In this document: positions 26,948-36,027 of the stretch, one piece after another | How positions within the stretch are numbered: the stretch's first letter is position 1 | Layout: every line of letters begins with the position of its first letter | NCBI GenBank assembly: GCA_963771275.1 | Contig: CAVYSW010000003.1 | Span: forward strand, 192,001-256,000 | Source: an uncultured Gemmatimonadales bacterium | GTDB lineage: Bacteria > Gemmatimonadota > Gemmatimonadetes > Gemmatimonadales > GWC2-71-9 | Length of the DNA: 64,000 nt | Direction of reading: 5' to 3' | Program-made: the position numbers and the translations under genes | Notes under the pieces: generated by a model | Told to the model about the DNA's origin: nothing | Seen by the model: the letters and a program-made list of their open reading frames with translations, nothing else | Database searches by the model: none

Positions 26948-28227
26948 GACAGGCCGATGATCTGATCGCGCCGCGAGCCGACGCTGACGTATGTGACCGG
27001 CGTCCCGACCAGATCCTGAATCCGGTCGAGGTACGCGCGCGCCTGCGTCGGGAGGTCGGCGAGCTTCCGGGCGTCGCTGGTGCGCCGGCGCCAGCCCGCG
27101 AGCACCTCGTAGACCGGCTGGACGCGGGCCAGCGTCTCCGTGTCCGCGGGCATGTCGTCGAGCCCCGCGCCCTCCAGGTGGTAGCCGGTGCAGACCGGCA
27201 GCTCGTCGAACTCGTCCAGGATGTCGAGCTTGGTCACGGCGAGGTCGGTGAGCCCGTTCACCCGGGCGGCGTAGCGCACCACCACCGCGTCGAACCAGCC
27301 GCACCGTCGCGGCCGCCCGGTCGTGGCGCCGAACTCGTCACCCAGCGTCCGGAGCCGTTCGGCCGCGGGGGCTTCGGCTTCCGTCGGCAGCGGCCCGTTG
27401 CCGACCCGCGTGGTATAGGCCTTCACCACGCCCAGCACCGCGTCGATCGCGGTCGGCCCGATCCCGGCGCCGACCGCCGCCCCGCCGGCGGTCGTGTTGG
27501 ATGACGTGACGAACGGATACGTGCCGTGATCCACGTCCAGCAGGGCCCCTTGCGCGCCCTCCAGCAGGACGCGCTTCCCCTGGCGCAACGCGTCCCACGT
27601 GAGCCTACCGGTGTCCGCGGCGAGCGGCAAAATGCAGGGCGCCAGCCGGCGCACGAGGGCGACGTGCTCCGCGGCCGAGGCACGTTCCTCGACCCCGAGC
27701 ATGGCGAGGATCCGGTTCGCCCGCTCCGCGCCGTCGGTGACGAGCTGCGCGGCCCGGTCCGGGTGCCGGAGATCGCCCACCCGGATCCCGCGCCGTCCGA
27801 ACTTGTCCTCGTACGTCGGGCCGATGCCCCGCCCCGTCGTGCCGATCCGCTGCTGCTGCTCGGTGGCGCGGTCGAGCACCTTGTGGTACGGCATCACCAG
27901 GTGCGCCCGGTCGGACACGGCCAGCCGGCCGTCGACCACGATGCCGCGCTCCGTCAGCGCCTGCATCTCGTGCAGCAACGTCTCGGGATCGAGCACGACA
28001 CCGTTACCGATCAGGCAGCGTATCGCCGGATGCAGGATCCCGGAGGGGATCTGGTGGAGGACGAACGCGTCGGTGCCGTTGACGACGGTGTGGCCCGCGT
28101 TGGCCCCGCCCTGGTACCGCACCACGAGATCGGCGCGCTCGGCCAGCACGTCCACGATCTTCCCTTTCCCTTCGTCGCCCCACTGGGCACCGACGACGAC
28201 GAGGCAATGGCACTTCGCACCGAACAT
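26944..28227 (-). CDS. purA: Adenylosuccinate synthetase
   Basis: GAQWGDEGKGK, GGANAGHT, GTTGRGIGPTY, EGAQG..DHGTYPFVTSS, EFGATTGRPRRCGWFD. Confidence 0.98.
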   Translation of the reverse strand: MFGAKCHCLVVVGAQWGDEGKGKIVDVLAERADLVVRYQGGANAGHTVVNGTDAFVLHQIPSGILHPAIRCLIGNGVVLDPETLLHEMQALTERGIVVDGRLAVSDRAHLVMPYHKVLDRATEQQQRIGTTGRGIGPTYEDKFGRRGIRVGDLRHPDRAAQLVTDGAERANRILAMLGVEERASAAEHVALVRRLAPCILPLAADTGRLTWDALRQGKRVLLEGAQGALLDVDHGTYPFVTSSNTTAGGAAVGAGIGPTAIDAVLGVVKAYTTRVGNGPLPTEAEAPAAERLRTLGDEFGATTGRPRRCGWFDAVVVRYAARVNGLTDLAVTKLDILDEFDELPVCTGYHLEGAGLDDMPADTETLARVQPVYEVLAGWRRRTSDARKLADLPTQARAYLDRIQDLVGTPVTYVSVGSRRDQIIGLS

Positions 28228-28247
28228 CGCGACCTCGCGGAAGCCAG

Positions 28248-28275
28248 AAAAAAAGCCCCGGGGGCTACCCGGGGC
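28248..28275 (-). terminator. Rho-independent terminator 20 nt upstream of purA start
   Basis: GCCCCGGG-TAGCC-CCCGGGGC followed by T7 on the minus strand. Confidence 0.8.
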
Positions 28276-28287
28276 ATCCTCTGAGGG

Positions 28288-28316
28288 AAGGTAAGGCTCG
28301 GTGCGCGGGCGGTCAA
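28288..28316 (-). promoter_or_regulatory. Sigma70-type promoter upstream of purA
   Basis: TTGACC-N17-TACCTT. Confidence 0.6.
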
Positions 28317-29224
28317 CGCAACGCGGCTGCACGCGCCACCCCCGCATCGCGCAACAGCGCCGCCACCGCGTCCCGCTCGCCGGATGCGAGGTCCAGCAGC
28401 GGCGGGCGCACGGGTCCACCGGTGAGTCCCACGAGATCCATCGCGGCCTTCACGCCGGGTACCCCCCGCTCCCCCACGGTGCCCTTGTTCAGCGGCGTGA
28501 GACGCTCCTGGACCGCGCCAGCGGCCGGCCGGTCGCCCGCGGCGAACGCGCGCCAGACCTCGACGGCGAGCGGGGCGGCAAAATTCCCCAGCGCCAGGAT
28601 CCCGCCCGCCGCGCCCAGCTCGAGGGCCGCGTACCAGTGCGACCCCGAGCCCATCAGCATGGCCCAGTGCGGCGCCGCCGCCCGATAGGCGGCGAAGTTC
28701 CTCAGGTCGCCCGACGAGTCCTTGGCGCCCGCGATGTTGCCGTGATCCGCCAGGGCGGCGAGCAATTGGTCGGACAAGGCCACGTGCGTGTACTTGGGGA
28801 TGTTGTACAGCAGCACGGGAACCGGCGAGGCGTCGGCCACGTGCCGGAAGTGATCGGCCAGGGCGGCGCTGGACAGCGATGCGCCGTAGTACGCCGGCGC
28901 CCGTACCAGGACCGCGTCCGCGCCGAGGTCCCCGGCGACCTGGCACGCCGCGATCGTCGCCCTGGTGGATTCGCGCCCCGCGCCGGCCACCAGCAAGCGG
29001 TCCTCCGGGACCACGTCGCGCAGCCACTCGACGACGTGGCCGTACTCGTCCTCGTCGAGCAGCGCCGCCTCCCCGGTCGATCCGCCGGCCACGATGCCGT
29101 GCGCGCCGGCCGCGAGCAGCGTGCGGGCGTTGGCGCGAAGCGTCACCGGCGCGGGCGCGCCGGTGACTGGATCGAACGGCGTCGTGATCGGGACGAGCAG
29201 CCCGCGGACCGCCGTCGCGCTCAT
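28313..29224 (-). CDS. DapA/NanA-family aldolase (HOGA-like)
   Basis: PITTPF, GSTGE, VLLYNIP, Schiff-base KDSSGD; substrate uncertain. Confidence 0.88.
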   Translation of the reverse strand: MSATAVRGLLVPITTPFDPVTGAPAPVTLRANARTLLAAGAHGIVAGGSTGEAALLDEDEYGHVVEWLRDVVPEDRLLVAGAGRESTRATIAACQVAGDLGADAVLVRAPAYYGASLSSAALADHFRHVADASPVPVLLYNIPKYTHVALSDQLLAALADHGNIAGAKDSSGDLRNFAAYRAAAPHWAMLMGSGSHWYAALELGAAGGILALGNFAAPLAVEVWRAFAAGDRPAAGAVQERLTPLNKGTVGERGVPGVKAAMDLVGLTGGPVRPPLLDLASGERDAVAALLRDAGVARAAALR

Positions 29225-30282
29225 CAGAGTCGCCCCCCCGGCACGCCCATGGCCGGCATCTGGCCGCTCACCCGTGCCACCTCGGCGGTCACGATGCCTG
29301 CCTCGACCAGGTCCGCCAGGTGCTGCGCGAACGTCTGCGTGCCGTGTCGCTCGCGTCCGCTCGCCAGCTCGGTGGGGATCTCCTGCATGCGCTCCGCGCT
29401 GCGCAGCATGTCGCGCACCGCCGGCGTCGCCACGAGCACCTCCACCACCACGCTCCGGCCCTTCCCATCCGCCTGCGGCACCAGACGCTGCGCGATCACC
29501 GCCTTCAGGGTCTCCGACACTCGGAGCCGCGCCAGGTCCTGCTGGTCTGGCGGAAACATGGCGATGACGTGGCCGACCGCGTGCATCGCGTCCGGCGCCG
29601 ACACCGCCGTGATCACGAGGTGGTCGGTCTCGGCCGCCCGCAGGGCGATATCCAGCGTCTCGCGGTCCGGCACCTCTCCCAGCACGATCACGTCCGGATC
29701 CTGTCGCACCGCCGACCGTAACCCGCTCGCGAAGCTCGCCGTGTCGACACCCACCTCGCGCTGCGTCACCGACGACTTGGCGTCGCGGTGCAGGAACTCG
29801 ATCGGGTCCTCGAGCACGACGATGTGCCGGGTCTGGGTCGAGTTGATGTGGTGGACCAGGGCGGCGATGGTGGACGTCTTCCCCACGCCGGCCCCGCCGG
29901 CCACCAGCACGAGCCCGTCCTCCTGTTCGGCGACCCGGGTGAGCACCTGCGGCAGATTGAGGCGTTCGAGGGTCGGCACATCGAACGGGATCACCCGCAT
30001 CACCACCATGAACGAGGAGCGCTGTCGCAGGATGTTGACGCGAAAGCGACCGATCCCCGGGGCGCCCCAGGAACAGTCGTAGTCGCGGAGGCTGTCGATC
30101 CGCTTGCGGTCCTCCTCCGTGGGGATCATGCGCAGCGCGATCGCCCGCGTCTGCTCCGGCGTCAGGCGCTGCTTCGTGAGCGGCTTGAGGACGCCGTCGA
30201 TGCGCGCCCGGAATACGTCGCCCGCCTTGATGTGCAGGTCCGACGCACCCCGCTCCACCGCCGCCTTGATGATGTTCTCCAT
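29224..30282 (-). CDS. pilT: PilT/PilU-family ATPase with degenerate motifs
   Basis: GASDLHIKAG, GRFRVN, Walker A GGAGVGKTST, LEDPIEFLH, QREVG, AVRQDPDVIVLGE. Confidence 0.88.
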   Translation of the reverse strand: MENIIKAAVERGASDLHIKAGDVFRARIDGVLKPLTKQRLTPEQTRAIALRMIPTEEDRKRIDSLRDYDCSWGAPGIGRFRVNILRQRSSFMVVMRVIPFDVPTLERLNLPQVLTRVAEQEDGLVLVAGGAGVGKTSTIAALVHHINSTQTRHIVVLEDPIEFLHRDAKSSVTQREVGVDTASFASGLRSAVRQDPDVIVLGEVPDRETLDIALRAAETDHLVITAVSAPDAMHAVGHVIAMFPPDQQDLARLRVSETLKAVIAQRLVPQADGKGRSVVVEVLVATPAVRDMLRSAERMQEIPTELASGRERHGTQTFAQHLADLVEAGIVTAEVARVSGQMPAMGVPGGRL

Positions 30283-30286
30283 GGTG

Positions 30287-31315
30287 TCAGTAGCCCAGCT
30301 TCAGGTTGACCACGTTGCGCAGCCGGCGGCCGCTACGGTAGCGCGCGATGTTGTCCACCAGCAGCGCCGTCTCGCGCGCCCAGAACCGGGCGGACACGGC
30401 GCTCACGTGCGGGAAGACCAGCACGCGCGGGTGGCGCCAGAACGGATGGTCGTGCGCCAGCGGCTCGTGGGCGAACACGTCGAGCGCGCATCCCCCCAGC
30501 TGCCCGTCATCGAGCGCGCGGCGCAGCGCCGCTTCGTCCAGCAGGGCGCCCCGCGCCACGTTGATCACGTACGCGCCGCGGGGCAAGGCCGCCAGGATCG
30601 CCGCGCTCACCAGCCCCTGCGTGTCTGCCGTCTGCGGCGCGGCGAGCACCAGCACGTCGCTCCGTCGCGCAAGGGTCGTCAGCTTCCCCGGGCCGCCGAC
30701 CCACCGCACGCCCGCGGGCCGCGCCCGGGTGGGACGCCGCCGTACGGCCGACACTTCCATGCCCAGCGCCGCGCAGCGCCGTGCCACCGCGCGCCCGATC
30801 CCACCCAGCCCGACGATCCCCACCCGGGTGCCTGCCAGCTCGCGCACCCGCACAGCGCCGTTCGTGAACTCGTCTTTCGCCCACCGCTCTTCAGCCTGCG
30901 CGCGGAGCGCCGCCGGAAAGCCCCGCAGCCAGAAGCCGATCGCCGCGACCACCCAGTCGGCGATCGGCTCCGCGTGCACGCCCGCGGAGTTGGTGAGGCG
31001 CGCCCCCGACGCGCGCAGCTCGGGCGTGACGCTCGCTCCCACGCCCGCCGCCGCCGTGTGCACCCAGCGCAGCGTGCCCCGCGCCGCCGCCACCACGGCC
31101 GGCGGAACGCCCCACCCGGCGTAGACCTCGGCGCCGGGCGCCGCACGGACCGCCTCCGCGTTGCCCGCTCCCCCATCCCCGTCGCTCGACGAGAGCGCCG
31201 CGACACGCACCACCTCCCACCCGCAGCCGAACGCCCGTCGCACCGCCTCGACGGTCGCATCCGGGACGGACCAGACCGGGCGCGGCGAGGCGAGGTCGAG
31301 GACCGCCCGTCTCAC
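30287..31315 (-). CDS. D-2-hydroxyacid dehydrogenase family protein
   Basis: LRWVHTAAAGV, GIVGLGGIG, INVARG, LDVFAHEPL, PHVSA; GTG start 31315. Confidence 0.93.
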   Translation of the reverse strand: MRRAVLDLASPRPVWSVPDATVEAVRRAFGCGWEVVRVAALSSSDGDGGAGNAEAVRAAPGAEVYAGWGVPPAVVAAARGTLRWVHTAAAGVGASVTPELRASGARLTNSAGVHAEPIADWVVAAIGFWLRGFPAALRAQAEERWAKDEFTNGAVRVRELAGTRVGIVGLGGIGRAVARRCAALGMEVSAVRRRPTRARPAGVRWVGGPGKLTTLARRSDVLVLAAPQTADTQGLVSAAILAALPRGAYVINVARGALLDEAALRRALDDGQLGGCALDVFAHEPLAHDHPFWRHPRVLVFPHVSAVSARFWARETALLVDNIARYRSGRRLRNVVNLKLGY

Positions 31316-31986
31316 TCGTTGATCGAGAGCCGGTACGAGTGCGTGGCGCGGAGCAGCTGCAGCCGGGCCTCGTCGTGCTGGTGCGCGTTGCCGCGCACGC
31401 TGAAGGTGAGCACCACGCGCCCCTCGCGGGCCGGCTCCGCGCGGAAATCCGAAACGACGAGGCCGCACTCCTGCAGGATCGACTCGACGAGCGCAATCTG
31501 GTCCGCCCCGGCGGGCACCTCCACCGAGATGCTCGACTCGACGGCCGCGCGCCGCACGCGCTGCTCGGCCCACCCCAGCCCCCGGAGGACGAGCAGCATC
31601 AGCAGGGTGACGCCCACGCCCTCCAGCATGGCGCCCGAGCCGAGCGCCACCCCGATCGCCGCGACCACCCAGATCGTCGCCGCGCTGGTGAGCCCCGTGA
31701 CCGAGCCGCGCGAGTGCATGATCGCCCCCGCCCCGATGAACCCCACCCCGGTCACGATCTGCGCCGCGAGCCGGGCCGGGTCGCCCCGCCCCCCCGCTAG
31801 CTGCAGCGAGAGCTGCGTGAACAGCGTGGCACCCACGCAGATCAGAATGTTGGTGCGCAGCCCCGCGGCCTTGCCGCGCAGCTCCCGCTCGAGACCGACC
31901 GCGCCGCCGCACACGACGGCGACCAGGATGGCCCCGAGCAGCTCGAGCTGCAGCAGGTCGACCAGGACCGGCCACAGGGTGGTCAG
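31312..31986 (-). CDS. MgtC/SapB family membrane protein with ACT-like C-terminus
   Basis: GLERE..KAAGLRTNILI, DPARLAAQIVTGVGFIGAG, GLTSAATIW; no canonical start codon at the expected position. Confidence 0.88.
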   Translation of the reverse strand: MTTLWPVLVDLLQLELLGAILVAVVCGGAVGLERELRGKAAGLRTNILICVGATLFTQLSLQLAGGRGDPARLAAQIVTGVGFIGAGAIMHSRGSVTGLTSAATIWVVAAIGVALGSGAMLEGVGVTLLMLLVLRGLGWAEQRVRRAAVESSISVEVPAGADQIALVESILQECGLVVSDFRAEPAREGRVVLTFSVRGNAHQHDEARLQLLRATHSYRLSINE

Positions 31987-32984
31987 CGACGTACCGGCAC
32001 CTCGCTGGCGGGCAGGAGTCCCATCGCGTCGCGGACGGCCCGCATCGTCTCGCTGGCGATGGCATGCGCGCGCGCCGCCCCCGTGCGGAGCGCCTCCCGC
32101 ACGCGCTCCGGCTCCCGCGTGAGGGCCGCGGCCCGCTCGCGCGTCTCCGCGAAATGCGCCGCGAGGTTGTCGGCCAGCACGCGCTTGCAGTCGAGGCAGC
32201 CCCACCCAGCGGCCCGGCACTTCGCCGCCACCTCGGTCACCGTCCCGGGCGGCGAGAAGTACTGGTGCAGCGTGTAGAGATTGCACCGCTCGGGATCGCC
32301 CGGATCCTTCCGGGTGACGCGTGCCGGATCGGTCTTGGCAGGGCGCAGCAACTCCCAGATCCGCTCGGGCGGATCGAGGATGCCGATCGTGTTCCCCAGG
32401 CTCTTCGACATCTTGGCCTCGCCGTCGAGCCCCACGATGCGCTTGGCGTGGCTCAGCGTCGCCTGCGGCTCCGGGAAGAACCCGGGGCCGAACCGCGCGT
32501 TCCACTTGCGTGCGATTTCGCGCATCAGCTCGAGGTGCTGCACCTGATCCTCGCCCACGGGAACGATCTCCGCCCGGTAGAGCAGGACATCGGCCGCCTG
32601 GAGCACGGGGTAGTTGAGCAGCCCGGCAAGCACGCTTTCTTGGCGCTGCGCCTTGTCCTTAAATTGCGTCATGCGCTCGAGCTCCCCAAGCGGGGTCACG
32701 GTCGTGAGGACCCACGACAGTTCCGTGTGCTCGGGCACGTGCGACTGCACGAAGAGGATGCAGCGCTGAGGGTCGAGCCCCGAAGCGAGCAGGCTGACGG
32801 CCATCTCGAAGGTGCGGGTCTCCAGCCGGGCGGGATCGAAGTCCTGCGTGATGGCGTGGTAGTCCACGATGCAGAAGATGCACTCGTGCCGGGCCTGGAG
32901 CGCCACCCAGTTGGCGATCGCACCAAGGTAGTTGCCGATGTGCAGCTCGCCGGACGGCTGGATGCCGGAAAAGACGCGCGCCAT
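31983..32984 (-). CDS. trpS: Tryptophan--tRNA ligase
   Basis: SGIQPSG..HIGNYLG, YPVLQAAD, VPVGEDQ, KMSKS. Confidence 0.98.
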   Translation of the reverse strand: MARVFSGIQPSGELHIGNYLGAIANWVALQARHECIFCIVDYHAITQDFDPARLETRTFEMAVSLLASGLDPQRCILFVQSHVPEHTELSWVLTTVTPLGELERMTQFKDKAQRQESVLAGLLNYPVLQAADVLLYRAEIVPVGEDQVQHLELMREIARKWNARFGPGFFPEPQATLSHAKRIVGLDGEAKMSKSLGNTIGILDPPERIWELLRPAKTDPARVTRKDPGDPERCNLYTLHQYFSPPGTVTEVAAKCRAAGWGCLDCKRVLADNLAAHFAETRERAAALTREPERVREALRTGAARAHAIASETMRAVRDAMGLLPASEVPVRR

Positions 32985-32990
32985 GGTCAC

Positions 32991-33019
32991 AAGCTACGGA
33001 GGGTGGTAAAGGGGGGCAA
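32991..33019 (-). promoter_or_regulatory. Sigma70-type promoter, predicted leaderless trpS
   Basis: TTGCCC-N17-TAGCTT, then 6 nt, then ATG; no SD. Confidence 0.6.
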
Positions 33020-33020
33020 G

Positions 33021-33848
33021 ATGGCCCAGCATCGTGACTTACTCGCTGTCGCCACGCGCGCCGCGGAACGGGCGGCGGACCTGATCCGTGGGGCCAGGCC
33101 ACCCGATCCCGCCGCGTGGGACCGCAAGGCACCGAGCGACTTCGTCACCGAGGTCGACCGCGCGTCGGAGCGCCTCATCGGCCACATCCTGACCGATGCG
33201 TTCCCGCATTGCGTGGTGCTGGGCGAGGAGCTGACCCCCGACGCGCCGCAGCTCGCCGGGATCGTGTGGATCGTGGATCCGCTCGACGGCACCACGAACT
33301 TCCTCCACGGGTATCCCGCCTGCGCGGTGTCCATCGCCGCCGTGGTCGATGGAGAGCCCGTCGCCGCCGCCGTGGCGGACGTGGGCCGCGCGGTGCTCTA
33401 CACGGCGACCGCCGGCGGAGGCGCGTGGTGCGGCGAGCGGCGGCTCCAGGTCTCCGCCGTCGCGGACCCGGCGTACGCGCTGATCGGCACTGGCTTCCCG
33501 TTCAAGCATCCGGCGAGCGAGCGGCTCGACGAGTACCTCGAGCAGTTCCGGCGCATCCTGCCGCGATCGAGCGGCATCCGGCGCGCGGGGTCGGCCGCGC
33601 TCGACCTCGCCCACGTGGCGGAGGGCCGCCTCGACGGCTTCTGGGAGCTCTGGCTCGCTCCCTGGGATGTCGCGGCGGGGGTGCTGCTGGTGCGGGAGGC
33701 GGGCGGCGTGATCACGGATCTGGCGGGCGATCCGGCGCGCGTGGCGCCGGGCGCGTTCGTGGCGGGGAACCCCGCCGTCCACCGGTGGCTGCTCGCTCAG
33801 CTCATCCCCGAACCGCCCGACCAACCCGTTATCGGCCCGCGTGCGTGA
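33021..33848 (+). CDS. suhB: Inositol monophosphatase family protein (SuhB)
   Basis: DFVTEVD, LGEE, WIVDPLDGTTNF, RRAGSAALDLA, WDVAAG; ATG 33021. Confidence 0.93.
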   Translation: MAQHRDLLAVATRAAERAADLIRGARPPDPAAWDRKAPSDFVTEVDRASERLIGHILTDAFPHCVVLGEELTPDAPQLAGIVWIVDPLDGTTNFLHGYPACAVSIAAVVDGEPVAAAVADVGRAVLYTATAGGGAWCGERRLQVSAVADPAYALIGTGFPFKHPASERLDEYLEQFRRILPRSSGIRRAGSAALDLAHVAEGRLDGFWELWLAPWDVAAGVLLVREAGGVITDLAGDPARVAPGAFVAGNPAVHRWLLAQLIPEPPDQPVIGPRA

Positions 33849-34575
33849 GCGAGGCGAGCCGCGAACTCAGGTCGGGGTCCTCGACCTCGGAGAGACCCGG
33901 CCGGATCGCCTCGAGCAACGCGTTCAACCCGGGGGTCGCAAACGAATACCCTTGGCGCAAAACTCCCGTAGGGGGTACGCCGCACCGCCGGCGCACCCGC
34001 ATGTGCTCGAGGCGGCGGTCGAGGATGGCGTTGGGAAAGCGCGCCTCGACGTCAGCCGCGAACGCGTTCACGTTCGTGCCGAAGCTGGCCGTCTGCCGGG
34101 GTCCCATGCCGCCGAAGCCGGTCACGCCCTGGAGGACCGTCCACCGTGTGGGCGGACCCGTCGTGGTCGGGTACAGATCGAGAAACGACGCCGGTTGCGG
34201 CCCCTTGGCATCGGCGAGCCGGGGGCTGAACAGGACGGCCACCATCGGCGTATCGTACGATAGCGTGCGCTCGCCGGCGTCATCCCGCAGCCACAGGCCC
34301 TCCGCGCCGAATTCGAAAGCGGCAATCGGGCGGTGCGCGGGAATCCCGGCGAGGGCCGCGCCCGGCACGGCAACCACACTTACGTGGGCCCCCCGCAGCA
34401 GCTCCGCCGCCTTGCGTGCCGCAGCAGGATCGGCGGCGAGCCAGATCTCCGGGACCGGGTAGTTGACCTTGAGCCGCACGTCCACCGGGGCGATGCCCAG
34501 GACGAGCGCCGCCGACTGCACATCCACCTCGCCCCGGTGCGGCGGATTGGCGATGACGAGGCCCAGGCCACCCAT
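33829..34575 (-). CDS. Hypothetical protein
   Basis: Open frame with protein-like composition; TGGACA-N18-TACATT lies 7 nt before ATG 34575 (alternative start 34638). Confidence 0.6.
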   Translation of the reverse strand: MGGLGLVIANPPHRGEVDVQSAALVLGIAPVDVRLKVNYPVPEIWLAADPAAARKAAELLRGAHVSVVAVPGAALAGIPAHRPIAAFEFGAEGLWLRDDAGERTLSYDTPMVAVLFSPRLADAKGPQPASFLDLYPTTTGPPTRWTVLQGVTGFGGMGPRQTASFGTNVNAFAADVEARFPNAILDRRLEHMRVRRRCGVPPTGVLRQGYSFATPGLNALLEAIRPGLSEVEDPDLSSRLASLTHAGR

Positions 34576-34682
34576 GCCGCCCAATGTAGGGCGGCGGTGC
34601 GACGGCTGTCCATCCCGTAACGCAGCGCGGGGGCTCATCGCCCCCGCGCCCCGACCCGCGGCACCGTCCCGCTGCGTCGGCG

Positions 34683-35453
34683 CTAGGCCCGCACGCCCGC
34701 CGGGAGCTGCGTGAGGATCCGGTGGCCCCCCTCTTCGATCACCACCGTGTGCTCGAAATGCGCGGACAGCGACCCGTCCCGCGTCACCACCGTCCACTTG
34801 TCCTCGAGGGTGCGGATCTCCGGGCGCCCGCGGTTCACCATCGGCTCGATGGCGATCGTCATGCCGCGCGTGAGGCGGACGCCGCGCTTGGGTTTGCCGT
34901 AGTTCGGGATCTGCGGCTCTTCGTGGAAGCTCGTACCGATGCCGTGGCCCACCAGCTCGCGGACGACGCTGCAGCCCGCCGCCTCGGCCACCCGCTGCAC
35001 CGCGTGGCCGATGTCGCCCACGTGATTGCCCGCCTTGGCCTCCGCCAGCCCCGCCTCCAGCGCCGCCTGCGTGACGTGGAGCAGCTCGCGGGTCGCGTCC
35101 GCCACGGATCCCACCGGCACCGTGATGGCGCTGTCGGCGTGGAGTCCCTCGAGACACACACCGCAGTCCACGCTCACGATGTCCCCGTCGCGCAGGACTC
35201 GCTTGGCCGACGGGATGCCGTGCACGATCTCCTGGTTGATCGAGGTGCACAGCGACTTGGGAAAGTCGTACAGGCCCTTGAACGACGGCAGGGCGCCGGG
35301 GTGGCTGCGGATGAAGTCTTCGGCGAGATCGTCGAGCTGCAGGGTCGAGACGCCCGGCTTGGCGTGCGTGGCCACGAGATGGAGCGTCTCGGCCACGATC
35401 GCGCCCGCCGCCGCCATGATCTCGACCTCGCGCGGCGACTTGATGGTGATCAT
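34683..35453 (-). CDS. map: Methionine aminopeptidase type I
   Basis: CTSIN..VHGIP, DSAIT, GHGIG..HEEP, IEPM, SAHFEHT. Confidence 0.98.
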   Translation of the reverse strand: MITIKSPREVEIMAAAGAIVAETLHLVATHAKPGVSTLQLDDLAEDFIRSHPGALPSFKGLYDFPKSLCTSINQEIVHGIPSAKRVLRDGDIVSVDCGVCLEGLHADSAITVPVGSVADATRELLHVTQAALEAGLAEAKAGNHVGDIGHAVQRVAEAAGCSVVRELVGHGIGTSFHEEPQIPNYGKPKRGVRLTRGMTIAIEPMVNRGRPEIRTLEDKWTVVTRDGSLSAHFEHTVVIEEGGHRILTQLPAGVRA

Positions 35454-36013
35454 CGGCCGAGGCTTCCGACCATCCGCTGCGCGATCTCCTCGACGGTGCC
35501 GGTCCCGGGAATGGCCGTCATGACGCCCTGCGCCCGATAGTGCGCGATCAGCGGCTCCGTCTGCTCGCGGAACACGGCGAGCCGCTTGCGGATCGTCTCC
35601 GGCGTATCGTCGCTGCGCCCTTCCTGGGCCGCGCGCCCGAGCATGCGCCGCACCAGCTCCTCCTCGGGCACATCGATCAGCAGCACGCGGTCGACGCGGC
35701 GCCCACCCGCGGCAAGCAGCTTGTCGACGGCCGACGCCTGGGGAATGGTGCGCGGGAATCCATCCATGATCACGCCGCCGCGCGCCGCGGGCGACGTGAC
35801 GACCTCCTCGATCAGCCCCATGATGATCTCATCGGGCACGAGGAGGCCCTGCTCCATGTACCGCTGCGCCTTCCGCCCGAGCGGCGTCCCGTCGCGCACC
35901 GCCGCGCGCAGCAGGTCACCCGTGGCGATCTTGGGAATGCCAAGCCGGGTCGAGAGCAGGGCCCCCTGCGTGCCCTTTCCCGAGCCCGGCGCGCCGAGCA
36001 GGATCAGATTCAC
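35450..36013 (-). CDS. adk: Adenylate kinase (short LID)
   Basis: GAPGSGKGTQ, TGDLLR, DGFPRT, GRSDD. Confidence 0.98.
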   Translation of the reverse strand: MNLILLGAPGSGKGTQGALLSTRLGIPKIATGDLLRAAVRDGTPLGRKAQRYMEQGLLVPDEIIMGLIEEVVTSPAARGGVIMDGFPRTIPQASAVDKLLAAGGRRVDRVLLIDVPEEELVRRMLGRAAQEGRSDDTPETIRKRLAVFREQTEPLIAHYRAQGVMTAIPGTGTVEEIAQRMVGSLGR

Positions 36014-36027
36014 GCCCCCCCCTATCC

